A stretch of DNA of 62,174 bases, the filler included, from Hausera hauseri (Eukaryota), in the NCBI GenBank assembly GCA_046269625.1. It is 11 parts of 11 records of this genome, joined end to end, with 100 filler letters (N's around TTAATTAATTAA, not from the genome) between each part and the next. Parts side by side here need not be neighbours in the genome. Positions count along the whole stretch, not along the records: positions 50,271 to 55,514 come from JBJURY010300834.1; positions 55,615 to 62,174 come from JBJURY010087210.1; 9 more parts are not named here. One strand, written 5' to 3'. This document shows positions 50,171 to 62,174 of the stretch, piece by piece. The notes under the pieces were generated by a model that made no database searches, was not told where the DNA came from, and saw only the letters and a list, made by a program, of their open reading frames with translations. The position numbers and the translations under genes were made by a program. How positions within the stretch are numbered: the first letter of the stretch is position 1; every line of letters starts with the position of its first letter.

Positions 50171-52973
50171 NNNNNNNNNNNNNNNNNNNNNNNNNNNNNN
50201 NNNNNNNNNNNNNNTTAATTAATTAANNNNNNNNNNNNNNNNNNNNNNNNNNNNNNNNNNNNNNNNNNNNGGTCAGTACTTGATCCCATGTTTCATTCGC
50301 ACATAACTGCTGTGCAATGCAATGGGCCAGACCCCTAAGGGGGACTTCCTTGACCTGCCTAATACTTTGAGAAACCACACATCATGGGGTGGACCTGTCC
50401 AAAAGTAGAGAAGGAGAGCATCATATACTTCGTTTATTAAATTTCAGCTGTATTTCTAAACAAGGTATTTTAAAATTTTTTTAAAATTAAGCATAGATTT
50501 CAAATATGGCATTAATTAAATAATAACTTTTAATATTGGGTCAACAAATTCTTATTTCTCTGTGAAGGAATCGAGAGATTCAAAAACCTTTTGCAATTCA
50601 GATTCGAGAAAATGTAGGATTCATCCCATCTCTTGTCATAACCAAGCCATCCACATTGCTTACTGGTATTGCAAATGAGCAGACAAATCATGCTTATGGG
50701 ATAGAAATTCAACTCAGTTTGCCTTCTGTTAAAATACTTGCTTGAACTGTATGGGAATATATGGGTATGTGTGTACATTAAACTGGAGTGATTGACTCAA
50801 AAATTGTATCTCTTACAAATTGTAACGTGTAAAAACTGTACTTTTGAACGTATCCATGATTGACACTTACAGTGTCTTTGACATCAACAGGGTGGGTGGT
50901 TGCGATTAGCTTCTTTTCATCCCAGTGGGTATCCTCAATCCCATGGGGTTGTGCAAGGCATGGTGAGCACTGTAACACTAATCGCTGGGGAGCATTTTAT
51001 TTTCACTTGCTAGCTCCAAATTGCTTCTGCTTGTGTGTCATTGATTTCTCCCCTTCCCACTGTTAGCTGTGCCACATTCCAATATCCATTGACTCAATGG
51101 GGCTAATGTTGTACAGTCCCCACAACCCAATGACAGATGTTTTCTGGATATTACTGTCCTTGGCAGTTATTCTGAGCATTCATGTGTTCAGTCAGAGGGT
51201 TGGTCACGTCATCCATTCTGGTGACTTCATTAAGAGCGCTGTTAAGATTGTTGTGCAGTCTTGCTATCTCAAACTCGTTGGAAACCACTAAAGGGACGTG
51301 CAAGGGGGTTCTTAAGAGAAAGAGTGAAAGAGACATGTATTTGTTGACAGTGAAGAATTCACTTCAGGGAGAGTGAGGGTGTAATTGATGAGGCACATAA
51401 TGTATACCACATGCTGGTGAGTTCTGCATACTGCATTGTAAGGGGGACCACCAGTTATACTGCTGGATACTCGGTCACCCCCAAAGCCAACTCTGCAGAA
51501 ACACGGGCACCTCGTGTAGTTGTGGCTTTGGACACAGTAATGCAGAAGAAGCTGCTTGAAAGCTCACAGTGTATACACTGGTGCCACGACAGCCACTACA
51601 TCTGGTGATGAGATGCTATGGTAATCACGTCATCACCTTCTTGGGGAGTCCAGACATGTCTAGACTCCACCACCCCCACACTTACCTACTATTTACCAAA
51701 AAGTTAATATAGCTGTCTGACTTGTACACATTAGGGAAGACAGACTAAATTCAGATGTAAATACTTTTGTTTTTAAATCCACACTTGTATACTTTTCTGA
51801 CTTACAAGTTTTAGAAGCAATGCAAACATAAGCTGGAAGTTTAACTAACTAGATCTCTTATGTACTTTTCTATACAGGTTCTAAAGATCCAACGAATGGT
51901 AAGATAGAAAGCAATTGTCTGTACTGACTTTACTGTTACCGTTATTCTGGTGTCTCATTAGCAAAGAAGGAGACACATCAAATTTAATGGAGGAGTCATT
52001 TATATTTGGCATATTATTTGTATGTTACATAATTTGGCAATATACTATATTTAGCCATAAGCAGATCTAGTTTTAACATTCTGTTTGCCAGAGTTTCTAT
52101 ATCTGAAATAAATGTGCTTAGAATTCGCATTATTACTAAAAATCAGTGAGAGTTAAGTTTGGGCTGTGGAGGCATAGTTACCTCCAGACACGCCTATATA
52201 TTTAACACTTCATAATTTCCATTAAAACACGTTATTATATCCTCCAGTCTAGAGTTTCCACAGAGAATCGGGCTTTGCACTGATAATCTCTTGGCTTGGT
52301 TCCACTCTAGTCCTTGATCTTTGATAGCTCGTTCAATATTTCTTGTTCAGCCTCATTTTGATCTATCGCTGTATCAAACTCCATGATGTTTTCTTGGCAG
52401 CCGTTTGGTAATCATTCTTCACACGAAGCCAAACTACCTCAGCTGGTGGTCTAATTGATGGGAGACTGCAATGCTTGTACATCGAGCCCCATACCTATTG
52501 TCTGGTTTTATATCTTACCCTTTCTGGTTTTTCTTTGTGTCTTTCCTCAATTTCTTATTTCAGAGTGTGTTGAGGTTAATCTTCAGAATTTGTATCCATA
52601 CGTTACAACAGGGACACACATATGTAGAAAGACCATTTTAGAAATTAACACCTGCTTCTTCTTTCCTGAGAAATGCTGGGTTAATTGCTTAACAAAGTCT
52701 TTCAATCTTCGCTTAAACATAGTACATATGGCATCATACTATCCCTTACATGAAGGTCATATAAAGGTCAGAATCTGCCTTACTCTTATCTCTTTACTGG
52801 TTTTTAATATCATGCAATAGATGTGTTCTTAAACATCTTCTGACCACACACACACACAGACAGACAGATAGTGTAAACATTATAGTGAAACAGAGAAAAT
52901 CACCAAAAAAATGTCAATGTACAAAATGAATAGACCATTTACTCTGCAAACCTTTCTTTGCATTGACTGTAGA

Positions 52974-53640
52974 CATCATCATCATCAGACGCATGCTGCA
53001 AACTTTAGGCTGTCATGAATCTCCATTTCTCGCGATTCCTGGTGTCCCCACTCATCTCTGCTGTTGACCTACTTCCGAGCCATTCTTGCAAAACATCCAG
53101 AAACTTCATTCTTTGCCATCCACTGCTTCTATTTCCTGGTATTTTGCCTTTGGTGACCAAGTTCTCCAGACCTTCTCTACTTAAAATATGGCCAATCATA
53201 GATGTTTGTCTCTTTCTGATCTTACTGATTAGCATTCTTTCTGCATCTGCTTCTTGTAAAACATCTTAATTTGTTCTCTTTTCTGTCCAAGGGATTTTCA
53301 ACATTCTTCTGAGAAACCACATCGCTGCTCCTTTTAAAGAATGTTCCAATTTTTACTCAGTGTCCAAGATTCGCAGCCATACATTAGTATGGGTTCGATA
53401 TAACACCGCAGAACTCTTTTTCTCAATGGTAATGACATATTTGTCGTACATAAAATGCTTTTCATTTTCTGAAATGCTGTTTGTGCCTGTGCATTTCAAT
53501 TTTTTATTTTCGTGTCACATCTGCCATCTGATGTTAAAGATTTCCAAGATATTTGACTTTCTGCACTTGCTTTACTTTTGTCAATTTTATCATTACTTTG
53601 CACACTGGTGGCATTTTTTTCTTAGAGACTGTCATCATTA
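52974..53640 (-). mobile_element. RTE-type LINE 3' fragment with (GAT)n tail
   Basis: WFLRRMLKIPWTEKRTN, IRKRQ..IGHILSREGLE and GKIPGNRSSG, ending in a GAT microsatellite. Confidence 0.8.
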
Positions 53641-53773
53641 CTGTTTTTTTTTTTTTTGGCGTTTAAGCTGAGTCAGTTCTCTCCACTTTCAGTTATTACT
53701 GTGCAGTGTAGTTAAAAAACAAAAGTGCGGAAAATAGACATCATCATTCTTTGAATAAATGTGTGTATTTCAG

Positions 53774-54040
53774 TCCCAGACTACTCCTTACTATGTGCAT
53801 CGTACAGATGGGCAGATGGCATACACCCTAATCCACACGACTGCTCCAATTATGTCAGCTGCACTTCCAGCCTGACAACCATAGTGAACTGCGCATTGGG
53901 CGAGTCTTATGACCCGGTGACTCGGAAATGTACAGACAAGGCTTCTGCTCACCCATGTAATGACCAGAATTACTTTGGACCAACGCTGCCACCAGTAAAC
54001 TTTGTGACAGCAGCAACCACTAGAGGCCCAGTACAAGTTG
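53774..54040 (+). CDS. Chitin-binding type-2 (peritrophin-A) domain exon
   Basis: C..WADGIHPNPHDCSNYVSC......NCALGESYDPVTRKC.......C, with acceptor TTTCAG and donor GTATGT. Confidence 0.85.
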
Positions 54041-55759
54041 GTATGTTCATAAGCTAACTTTATCATATATTTCCATGAATAAATGTCATTTCAGGAACTG
54101 AAAGATTTGTTTTGGAGTTTGGAAGGAAACAGTCACGCCTTAGTAAAGTGATTATTTTTACAAATTCATTTCTGGGAACATTTGCTACGAGTGAGCACTT
54201 TTCCGGGGACATTTCCAGGGACAACATTCAGAAGTAAAATTGTACATATGTACGCACTCATGCACACATATTTAACTATGTACTTAACATTTTGTTGTTG
54301 CAAGATCTGAATTAAGCTACAGGGAAAATTAATGTATTTAGTGATGACAATAAAACTTGATGCATGAAAGCTGGCATAAAAAAATGTTGTATCCTTGTCT
54401 GGCCTAACGCATAACTAACAGATCTAATAAAGTAAATTTAAGGACAGTTTTCAGTGGTTCCAAACAAAAATAGATGGTCCTACTCCCAAGTTTAGATGTA
54501 GTAGTCAAAGAACTTCTGTGTTTCTTTATCTCAGTGTGTTATTTTGAAAGCATTTTTGCAATTAAACACTGCACAAGACAAACTTTTCATTTCTCAATAA
54601 TTAAATAACAAACACGGCTTATCAAATCATATAACTTGCGCTACAACAGAATAAATGAAAGCAACTGAACACAAAGCTGACAGCGATGCAAAGAATGTCT
54701 ATTTTCCGCACTTCTGTTTTTCAACTACACTTTTAACTAATGGCATCTATTGGCCACTTTTCCCCAGGACTGCAGAGTCGGACCAAAAATCTCAGACTCG
54801 GATTCCAACACCTTTATATCTGGTGCCTCCAGCACAGATGCCTTTTGTATATATCGATATAACTGAAAATAAATTATAAATGTACTTATTATATTTTTCT
54901 TATGTCAATTGGACACACGTAGTGTGTAAGATAAGGACATTAACAATGGACTCAGAGGGCAAATTTTCAAAAATAAAAAAACTGTAAAATGCATGTTAAA
55001 AAAATAGGGCATCCCATGATCAAAATATCAGATGTTTGTACAATCTACAATGGCACAAATTTAGAAAAAAACCGATGTAAAATATTAAACCATTTTTCCC
55101 ATGCTGTCTTCATGTAACTTTTTAATCTGCTTCATGACCTATTGTTTTTTTTTCTCATGCTTACATTTGTGCAACAAGTACTAAATTAAAATGAATGATG
55201 TGGAGATTCACCAGCAGTGAAAAAGGAAGAACTTGCATTTCATCAACTTGTGACCATTTTGAAAGCATTGCCTCCATTTTATCAAGAAAAGAAACAAATA
55301 AGGCTGTTGCTGCCAAAGCAGCTCTGCAGATGTGAAAACGTTCATTTCTACAGAGAGAAGAGTTGGAATTCATTGTGATCTTGGTTTGGTCTAGTAGTAA
55401 GCAGTTAGCTTAAGGTAGAAATGACAATACATACAATGCAGATGAATTAAATCACTGCATTCCTGCAAATCTAGACATTACTGGAAGCTACAAAAAATGA
55501 TTTTACCAAAGAATNNNNNNNNNNNNNNNNNNNNNNNNNNNNNNNNNNNNNNNNNNNNTTAATTAATTAANNNNNNNNNNNNNNNNNNNNNNNNNNNNNN
55601 NNNNNNNNNNNNNNCAGCAGACATACCAGAGGGCGGGTATTTTAAAACCCTACCCCGGCTGGGCGGTGATGTGGACGGTGTGGATGCGCACTCAGCCAAC
55701 ACGGTCGTCTGCCTGTATGGGTCAATTTTAATGATGTGTATTTAATGGCTACTGGATAG

Positions 55760-58700
55760 TGTACATAAACCCAATTTCATGGTTCCAAATTATGTGGTTT
55801 CGCTTTCCTATCATATAGCTTTTTAAACTGCTCTTGATCTTCTTGAGATAACGCTTTAGCGATTTCCCAACACTTTTGCAATCGCATCTGTAATACTTCC
55901 GCAAAATTTTGTCCTAAATCTTCGGGATTGACCGTGTATAGCGTCATTCCTAAATCCGTGGGTAACACGGCTTCACGTCCATACATTGCGAAAAACGCCG
56001 TAAACACTGTTGCTGGGTGTTGAGTAGTATTAATAGCGAACTGAGTTCCTTCTAAAAATTCGTCCCAAGCTTTTTGGTCCTTTGCTACTACGGTTGATAG
56101 TATGCGTTTGACGATAGCATTCATCCGTTCGACCATTCCATTACACTGAGGGTGATATGTGGTAATTGTTAATCGTTCGATTCGAATATCTTGGTGATCT
56201 TCTCGAATAGTTCACTTGTGACATTTCTTCCTCGATATGTGAGTATCTGATCTGGGGGCTCGTATCGGCAAATAATTCTTCTTACTATGGCTTCTGCCAA
56301 GGTCTCTGCCTTTTGATCAATTAATGCTACCAACTCGACAAAGTGAGTTAATCAATCAATACAAGTTAAGATATACTTATTGTTTTTGTGGGTCGTAGAA
56401 AGAGGTCCTACGATATCCATAGACATGACTTACATAGGTCTATCGGGTACATTAATTGGTTTTAATTGGGCCATGTAGTTTTTCGTCTTCTTTTGTTTAG
56501 TTGCACATACTTCGCAGGCATTTACCCAATTCTTCACATCAATATAGATACTGGGCCAAATGTATTTATTCACTATTCTTTGTAATGTTTTCTTCCAACA
56601 CATGTGTCCGGCTAAATATGAATTCTGTTCCGACGTTAGCGCTTCAGTTCGTAAACTTTTCGAAATAACTATCAATTTCCTTGCTTTCCGTTCGTAATAT
56701 AAAATATCCTCATTGCTCTTGTCATTTAAGACGTAGTATTTATGTCCATGTCTGTGTAAATGTTTCTTTAACTGTTGTCCCTTCGGCATGATATCTTTCT
56801 TAGCAAATTCTATAATCTGTTGAATAACTTTATCCCTTCTTTGCTGTGAGGACATTTTAATTGCTTTATCCAGCGCTAAGGCACGTTGGCGATCTACTAT
56901 TGCTTCGAGTTGGCATTTCTTCATTACCGTGATTGCGCTTGTTGTAGTCTTTAATCTCGATAGTGCATCTGCATCTATATGTTTATTTCCTGGCTTATAC
57001 TGGAATTCGATATTGTATCTCGATATTTTTTCGATCCATCTGTTAAGTCTGCATGTCGGGTTATTTGCTCGGACTTTTAATGTCGTAACTGCCTTGTGAT
57101 CAGTGACAATTATAATTTTCTGCCCGTATACGTAAACGTTGAAGTGTCGAAGTGCTTCTTTTACAGCTAGAGTCTCTAGTTCGGTAACAGAATAGTTTTT
57201 CTCAGCTTTTTTCAAGGAACGTCCTCCATGAGCAATCGGGTGTTCTAATTCTTTATCTTCTCTTTTCTGCGCTAATTCATATCCAATGCCTTCTTTACTG
57301 GCGTCTGTCTTGATTATGAAGGGTAAGTTAAAATCTGGATATCGTAAAACAGGCTCACTTGTTAATATCTTCATCTCGTCGAAGGCTTTCTGTTTGACGT
57401 CTGTCCATTTCCATTTAATTCCTTTTTTGAGCACGCGGTATAGGGGTGCATTAATTTTTGAATTATCTAGTACATAGGTTGCGTAGTATCCACAGAGTCC
57501 TAACCAGTGTCTTAATTACTTCTGATTTTGTGGTTCCATGCAATCTGATATTTTGTTTAATAACGATTTATCTGGTTTCGATCCTCCTTCTCCAACTATA
57601 TGGCCCATGTAATATACTGCGTTTTGAGCCCATTTGAATTTCTTCGGATTCAACTTTAATCCGGCTTGTTCCAATCTCATCAGTGTGTGTTCAATAACCC
57701 TTTAAGTATTCCTCTTTTGTCCTCGATGCTATCATTACATCGTCTAAGTACGCAAAAGCATGATCCAATCCCATTAGCATTTTACTCATCATTCTCGTAA
57801 ATATGGCTGGTCCAGTAGTAATACCGAACGGCATGACATTAAATTCATAAACGCCATCATGTGTTTTAAATGCCGTTTTAGCGGTTTTCGTCCTCAATAT
57901 CTACTTGCCAATATTCGGATTGTAAGTCCAGAGTGGTGAATTATTTCGCTTTTGAGAGTCGGTCTAAAGCCTCTTTCACTGACGGTAGTGGAAAGGAATC
58001 TTCCATCGTAAGATTATTCAATGCCCTGTAGTCAATACAAAATCGAGGCTTCGTTGTACCTTTCTTTTTAACCATAAGGATAGGTAAGTACCAGGATCTG
58101 TAATTGGGCTTAATTATATCGGCCTTAAGCATTTGTTTAACTTTTTTCGTTATCTCGGGCCTTGACGAATGTGGTGGAGGATATCATTTTGGCATCTTCT
58201 GATCCTCCAAATCTATTTCTTCGTTTGAACTGGGCTTTTTCTTGAGCGGAATAGTCATCTTTAGCGCTTTTGCTCTACCGATATCTTCTTCGTCTTTAGC
58301 AGGAATCGATTTATATCGGCATAATAATTCATACAATCGACAGTAAGATTCAGCAGAGAATTTAGTTTCGACATGAGGTGGAAATTCAGCATTTTTATAA
58401 GGCTTCTCTTCAATAGTTATCGACGATACTCTACGTATCTCCTAAAGTAGTGTAAGCATGAAGCTTGACGGGGGTCTGTGCATTATTAGTTATCCTGATC
58501 GGCACTCGACCGGAATGCACCTTTGTTAGTATGTTACTAAGTGTTATATTCGGATCTAACGTATCTTTTGGTTCAAAATACACCGGCTGATCGTCATCTT
58601 GTTGTATTGGCATAAATTATCACTTCTGTTCTTGGCGGGATTTTCTCGTCTACGGGTATCCAGACCTCTCCAAATTTTCTATCCTTAGAGTTTTTCACGC

Positions 58701-59680
58701 CTTTATTTGGTCTAATTTCTATTAACTTCCCTGTTTGCAAGTCAATCGCTATGTTGGGCAATCTTTTTAGCAGGTCACATCCTAGTACTACGTCATCAGT
58801 AAATTGCTCCATAACTGCAAATTTGTGATGGAAAAACTGTCCAACTATTTGAACTTCTGGGTTTCATTTAAACATTGGTTTTGACATTTGATCAAAAGCT
58901 CCTGTACTTTCTGGATCCTTCGTAGACGGTGGGTATAACTGTCCTCTCAGTGTTTGAGGTATTGAATCATTTTTGATATATGACATCTCCGAACCTGTGT
59001 CAATTAAGGCGTAAACTTCCCAATCCTTAATAATGATTTTGGCGAAGGGTCTTCCTTCTATTACCGTTTCGAAACAATTTGATATATTCTTTGAACGTTT
59101 TACCGCCAATATTTTGTGCCCATTGATTCGGATTTCGGGGGAGGATACAACTGTCTTAATTCTTCGTTCGGATATAACCCGTTGTTTTCTATGTTCAATT
59201 CTTCCGCTTCATGCGTACTAATTAATGATTCTCGATTGTTACTGTGTAATTCAGTATTCTGGAAGGTTTTTAGCCTTGAATTATCCCAAACCGTCGATCT
59301 AGTTTCTATATTCTTAGGTTCTCTTCGCGAGTACAACATCCTGGGATCCTCTGTGGATTGTCGGTAGCACATTTTCCGTAGAATTCCGTAGCGTTTTGTT
59401 CTCTCATAAGTATCCTCTACATTAAATGTTCTCTTATAGATTTCCGTCTGATATGAACTCATGGTTCGTTTATCACAGTCTTCATAAAAGGAGCGGTAGG
59501 AAGTAACATGGGTAATGGCGTTTTAACGACAGAGTACATCTTATGTCTATTTATTCCTGAAAGTACTTCTCCTCCCTTAGGTTCGTCATCATCTAAATTA
59601 TTTCTTCGTATAATAGGTTTTGTAAATTTTCTCTTCCGTAGGAATATGGTTTCCTTTCCGTTTACGATTATAGCCGACAT
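55760..59680 (-). mobile_element. Degenerate Ty3/Gypsy pol: PTAP linker, protease, RT, RNase H, integrase
   Basis: Motifs ALIDTGS, RFCIDYRALN, VMPFG, YLDD, KTDAS, YSVTELETLA, DALSR, the HHCC region, MDIVGPL and YHPQCNGMVER. Confidence 0.95.
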
Positions 59681-59699
59681 GGCGTTCTACGTCCGATTT

Positions 59700-61583
59700 T
59701 CATCTATTTTCTTCGTACGCTTTTAAGAATTTCCCAAAAAGCGTTATGATTGCAGTCAGTATTTTTGAAGAAAATCCATTTAATGTAAATATTTCATACC
59801 TATTTATTACGGCTTGGATAACTGCCTTGATCATTTGTATCAGAAAATATATCGCTAAGAATCCATATGCAGCTTGTCCGAATATCAGAAATCTTTCCCA
59901 CATTTTGTAAAGTATTTCGGTTGTTATTTGCTCATAATGGTTTACGCCAAGTAATGATTTCCATTTAGCCTGATATCGTATATCATCTACTACAGAAGCC
60001 ATAGCTCGATTTAACTCATGTGTTCGTTGTCATGGAAAGGCAAGGAATTATCTAAAAGCCTCAATTTCTTTTGTCCGGTATATACCTTTCGATGAGATGT
60101 CTTGAAATTTATTGTCCGTGATTCCTTTCGCAAGATTTGTTCCGGTTAATTTATTTGGATCAACAATAATACCTCCATTTGGCAAGCTGACCCAGTCTGT
60201 TCCACCACGTTTAAACATAGGTTCTCCTAAGCTTGCCTTACAATTGTTAAGGATGGTTGGTTGGGTGGCGTTATTTAATAACACTCTCGTTAATGGTGTA
60301 GCTAATCTCGGAATATTTTGGTAAATAACAGGAAGTTCTTGAATGCAACGTTTTTTTTCAACGTTGATGGGTACATCTCTCTTTTCACATTCGTAGGTTA
60401 GTAGTACTTCGCCTGTTACCCGACCGAAAATTCCGTCTCATAGGAATTATTGGAGAGGCCAATTCCGGATTTGCATATATAAGAGCCATTTTAGTTCTCA
60501 TAATTTCGGTATCCAATTTGTAATCATTATCATTTTATGATATAATTCCGTTATTCCGACTTGTCCTTTATAGTAAAAGTAATCGTCTTTATTCTTCAGG
60601 TAATCTTCGATGCGGACATCCTGCGTTTCTAGCTTATAAGTTTTTGCGCTTATTTCTCTTTCTGAAGTGAAAAACGCCTCGTAGTTCGTAGCAAACATCA
60701 CTACATCACACCGAGAAATAATCTCTTTTTTAATAAATTTCAATCCATGTTGATCCGAAATTAATATAGTAGGTGTAGAGTGTTCTGATACATCCTCACG
60801 TGTCCTCGAGTTGGTTTTTGATTTGTCCACATTTTTTTCCTGTAGTCTCATTGAACTTTAGTTCTTTAATCTTAATAAAATTACAATTTCTCCCAGGAGG
60901 TTTCCATATTATAACCGAGCTTTTAAAAACGCAGGTTCCGTCTTGTAAATGGCAATTTTGATTCTCAGTATATAACTTAGTGACACTGGAACATTACCTT
61001 CTGTGATCGCATTTTTGATTCGTAGAAATCCACAACCACCACGTTTGATTCTAATCCTTTTCCGGTGTCGCATTCGGCTCCATTACAATATCCACTATGC
61101 GTATCTAATCTTTTGGCCACTACTTTGTATGCCCTGATTATTTTTTGTGGCTGCATCTCCAATTGCATACTATTCCATTGTATTCTCCCAGTTTCCTTGG
61201 CTTGCTTGCAGTGTTGACGTTCTAAGTTCATTGGAATTAATGCGGTTGTTGGTTTGATTATAGATGAGTGTCCATGAACCAACCCACAGTGAAAAATGCT
61301 ACGTGATCGTCTGAACATGCATTCTATTCCATCTAGCGATATCAATTCTTGCTGCTGATACAGGAAATAATTTTTCTCGTTTGTCTCCAACTTGTGTGGT
61401 CTAGCATCTTCGCATACTTCCAGATCCATTAGGGAATATCTCTCCTAGCTTAAACTTATCGCAGTCGTAGACAGTTACAGCGCCTATATTCTTTATTAGC
61501 ATCATCAAGGTGAGTAGGCTAATTAGCCAATTCGATTCATTCTTCCGGCATCCAACGTTCGCCGTTGTCAAATTACGTAGCAT
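59700..61583 (-). pseudogene. Chuvirus-G/herpes-gB-like (class III) envelope glycoprotein, frameshifted, upstream of pol
   Basis: Signal WLISLLTLMMLIKNIGA followed by YDC. Motifs C...RSIFHCG..H.S, C....TG, FGRVTGEVLLTYEC, RCIQELPV and GIY..EIEAFR. C-terminal hydrophobic segment FLIFGQAAYGFLAIYFLIQM. Confidence 0.82.
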
Positions 61584-62174
61584 ATCGTCTCGTTTATTAC
61601 TATTTCGTTTGTCTTCTTCCTTGTCAAATAGTCTTGACTAATTTACTTCGCAGAGCAATCTTCTTTTTGCCTTTCGTGCCAAGCCTACAGCTCTATTGAT
61701 TTTATTAACTCGATTAGGATTTATTTTGATAGCTAAGTATAGTAATACTTTTCTCAGTTCTTTATTGGTGTTTTCTACCATGATTTTATCAATTACTGTT
61801 TCATCAGTTAAGCTACTTTTTTATGGTTTAAAACGTGAACTTCTCATCATTTTGGCTGCCTCGAAAATTACTTTTTCTTTATCATTTAATATATTACCTC
61901 GAAGGCTTGAATAATTTACAATTCGTATCAGATTCTTCATTAGCTCGTTTAATTCTTTATTATCTCTGCTAAAAGTCGGAATCGACATTTATCTTAATTC
62001 TCTAATCAATTCTCCGTTGTAGTCTACTTCTTCTCGCGTTTTCTTGGGCCTACCTACTGGACGTTTCGGCTTTTGGCCTTTAGTGGTTATTTCACTCAGT
62101 GGTACTAAATTTATATCATATTGTTCCTTATCTTCATCTGTTTGTAAATACTCGAAATACATTGCAGCATCTCG
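61584..62174 (-). pseudogene. Gag-like region with AT-hook, in frame with the glycoprotein signal peptide
   Basis: One frame from 62174 to 61583 with three isolated stops. Contains KRPVGRPKK. DETVIDKIMVENTNKELRKVLL...RAVGLAR resembles a Gypsy capsid C-terminus. Confidence 0.5.

Noticed and set aside
50770-51660. GC-richer, coding-like stretch with several short ORFs
   Set aside because: No recognisable motif and no consistent frame.
55615-55750. GC-rich segment adjoining the truncated integrase
   Set aside because: Too short and cut by the contig edge to classify.
1-62174. rRNA, tRNA genes, CRISPR arrays, prokaryotic operons
   Set aside because: None were recognisable by eye. The only tRNA-related sequences are the two PBS motifs.

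Overview
This window is not one locus. It is 11 unrelated eukaryotic (animal) contigs joined by artificial 100-bp linkers (N44-TTAATTAATTAA-N44), so adjacency across linkers means nothing. Most of the sequence is decayed mobile DNA: Ty3/Gypsy, BEL/Pao, Polinton polB, mariner, Tc1, RTE, Rex1/Babar, an IS3EU-like transposase and a fish-type V-SINE. There are also a few host genes: a P5B ATPase, TMEM216-like, NAXD, a death-domain exon, a transketolase fragment and a chitin-binding exon. Two systems stand out. (1) A Ty3/Gypsy family, seen as five partial copies, has an unusual inferred layout. A Gag-like region is fused to a chuvirus/herpes-gB-type glycoprotein UPSTREAM of pol. A PTAP-bearing linker then leads into PR-RT-RH-IN. 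The integrase runs into a second, receptor-like membrane protein: signal peptide, three FN3-like repeats, a TM helix, a catalytically degenerate REX4/ISG20-like exonuclease and an optional RING. (2) A duplicated cassette has a short ATG leader exon with a phase-1 donor, then a 15-bp inverted-repeat hairpin with a variable loop and a tRNA-Met-like primer-binding site. Four RING/zinc-finger exons follow, all with phase-1 acceptors and downstream AATAAA. This looks like an LTR-type alternative-terminal-exon array of small E3 ligases. All domain calls are by-eye motif recognition and no searches were run.
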